Below are positions 62,287 to 64,000 of a stretch of 64,000 bases of DNA, piece by piece. The notes below the pieces were generated by a model. It made no database searches. It had not been told where the DNA came from and saw only the letters and a list, made by a program, of their open reading frames with translations. This stretch comes from a virus (Duplodnaviria; Caudoviricetes), in IMG/VR virus record IMGVR_UViG_3300046170_000323. One strand, given 5' to 3'. A program made the translations under genes and the position numbers. The stretch's first letter is position 1. Each line of letters starts with the position of its first letter.

Positions 62287-63643
62287 TTATACTTTTAAAG
62301 GGTTTCCGCCCAACTTCAGATTATCTTCTGCAGTTTGAATCACGCCATTTTCGATGGTAGTCTCTCCACCATCCTTGTGTGGATCAACATGTCCACCGTG
62401 GTATTTATTCGTATGCAGCTTCAGACATTTCTATCTCTTTACCTTCAGGCGTCATGAAACCAGAGTTAACTGCAAGAACCATTTTGTCTTGTGTACTGTA
62501 TGTACGTTTCTTGTCTAACTTTGTTGTGACAGAATCGATGTCGAACACTTCCATGATCAGTTGGTTACGAAGGACGTTATTTGTCTTCTGTAATCCACCA
62601 ACCATCGTGCCAAATGATTTTGGATCTTTGAAATCATCGTGTTCGTAATATTGACCATTTGTTAGAAGTGTAACAACTGCAGTCATGTACTGTTGAAGGA
62701 ATGAACGATTGTCATCAATCTTCATCTTCTTGTCTTTCATTGCACAGTAGATAACAAACAAGTCAAAGACTGAGTTACGATTTGCAATTGCATATGCATC
62801 CTCAGACATCACATCTTTCATGAAGGCGTTGAATGTTGTACGGAATTTGTTGATCTGAACTTCACCATCAGAACCATCACGATAGAAGTTTTCCATATTT
62901 GTTTTGGAAATAGATTTCTTGATATCATAACAAAATAGGAATGCCAAGTTTGCAATGAACTGATCAATACCACGACGATTGATGTTGGAGTTTGAAAACC
63001 ACTTGCCTTGTGTTACAAAGTAATCACCATGTTTATCTGCAAGTTCACGTACAGTATTCGCAACTGTAGTGGTGTAAGAGTTAAGAATCTCAGGGTGCGT
63101 CAAAGGTTTACCATCGTTCACGTTACGGAACAATTCAGATAGTTCTTCACGTGTCGCATCTGTATAAACAGAGATGGTAACAATAGCTTCGTGGAATGCA
63201 TCTGCAAGTACAGGATCAAGAGTATCGTAAGTATCGTTATCTTCATCAACCGCCACAGTTGCACCTTGGATATCATACTTACCATGAACAAGACGTATCT
63301 TGTTGTTCATGAAATCTACGATAACATTGTTACGGTTGTTAGAGTCGACGTTGATATACTTGATACCACGATCTACTTTCTCTTGGAAGTATTTGATATC
63401 GCCCTTGTCGCCACGTTCAACTGCAGCTGCAAGACATTCGTCTGCGTCTGCAAAGATAAACTTGGAAGGTGCTTTACCTAAGATGACAGATCCGATATAT
63501 GCAGACTTCTGCCACCATTCCCAACGAGAATACTTGTTTGCTTGGAATGCAAGGTCTGCTTCTTGGAACTTACCGATTTGATCACGATAAGCATTCATTG
63601 TGAAGACCGCATCTTTGTAGGACATTTGACGGAAGTAATTCAT
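62287..63643 (-). CDS. DUF262 (ParB/Srx-like) plus C-terminal HNH nuclease, GmrSD-like; +1 frameshift at ~62419
   Basis: VDSNNR (DGQQR-like) and LFRNVNDGKPLTHPEILN. After frame repair: HGGHVDPHKDGGETTIENGVIQTAEDNLKLG (HNH). Confidence 0.7.
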
Positions 63644-63671
63644 AATATAATCTCTCATTAGTTACAGATAC

Positions 63672-63700
63672 AATATAATACATCTACAACGAAATGTCAA
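63672..63700 (-). promoter_or_regulatory. Early sigma70-type promoter TTGACA-N17-TATATT
   Basis: Upstream of the DUF262-HNH gene, with an A-tract UP element. Confidence 0.8.
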
Positions 63701-63726
63701 GCCCTTTTTTGAAATAAAAACGTTTT

Positions 63727-63982
63727 TTATTTGTAACGATACTGAGACCACTGAAGTTCATCATATGGAACCTTCATAATGTTTCAACCATTCTAAGGTT
63801 ACATCCATGTCTGTGTTGATGTCACGATTTGTTTCTATAATAATTTTATGACCATCTTGTTTCCAAGCGTTCAACTTTTCTATCATAAACACCGCTGGTT
63901 GGGCGTCATGAATTCCATACTGTTCTTGTGCATGTTCTGCTTTAAATGCCACATCATCAAGTTGTACTTTCACTACATTCAT
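63727..63982 (-). CDS. Short HAD-like (capsule-biosynthesis phosphatase-type) protein; +1 frameshift at ~63771
   Basis: GHKIIIETNR...VTLEWLKHY then VPYDEL in the next frame; the N-terminal DxD motif is degenerate. Confidence 0.45.
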
Positions 63983-64000
63983 GTAAATAAACCTTCCACA

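Noticed and set aside
103-63581. Many 60-280 aa ORFs antisense to, or in alternate frames of, long genes (e.g. 2278-2559, 10782-11564, 12963-13562, 24624-25202, 48184-48711, 51697-52194)
   Set aside because: Shadow ORFs caused by the codon bias and low-complexity repeats of the real genes; no SD or recognisable motifs.
26968-63982. Treating frameshifted genes as pseudogenes of a decaying prophage
   Set aside because: No in-frame nonsense codons or deletions accompany them, all are +1 insertions, and they hit essential genes, which fits read error better.
1-64000. Cyanophage assignment prompted by the phycobiliprotein-like repeats
   Set aside because: No psbA, hli, cpeT, pebS or other cyanophage marker lies in this window, while DUF1127 and the ROSE-type leader point to proteobacteria; the host remains unproven.
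1-64000. tRNA, rRNA, introns, inteins, IS elements
   Set aside because: No cloverleaf or rRNA-like tracts in the few short intergenic gaps; gp44, gp45 and regA have normal lengths; no transposase motifs or terminal repeats seen.

Overview
The window is a 64-kb segment of a large T4-like myovirus, probably marine. An alphaproteobacterial host is inferred from the DUF1127 genes and a ROSE-type leader. 1-48.8 kb (minus strand) is a late structural region: several very large fibre/virion proteins, a Gly-X-Gln collagen fibre, an S74-chaperoned fibre, a DUF4815-type protein, and baseplate genes gp8, gp9-like, gp7-like, gp6, gp25, gp5, gp53 and gp48, plus an S8 protease and an M15 peptidase. 48.9-54.0 kb (plus) holds gp4, gp2, gp54, gp26, gp51 and a gp29-like tape measure. 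54.0-64 kb (minus) is an accessory/replication block: DUF1127 proteins, Hsp20, RegA, gp62/gp44/gp45, sugar-nucleotide enzymes, a glycosyltransferase and a DUF262-HNH nuclease. Twelve single-base (+1) insertions split otherwise intact genes and are most likely long-read errors; I rejoined the fragments by hand. Best candidate for an undescribed system: the 3764-aa virion protein (14510-25804) carries 11 Cys-bearing repeats that resemble the bilin-binding globin core of phycobiliproteins (C-x-R-D motif), interleaved with 9 beta modules that each conserve His/Cys/His/His. Other highlights are amicyanin-type copper-site domains on two virion proteins, an unannotated 39-aa metallothionein-like peptide, a ROSE-like RNA thermometer on phage hsp20, and a GmrSD-like nuclease beside a glycosylation module. 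All family assignments come from motif recognition by eye and from memory; no database searches were run.
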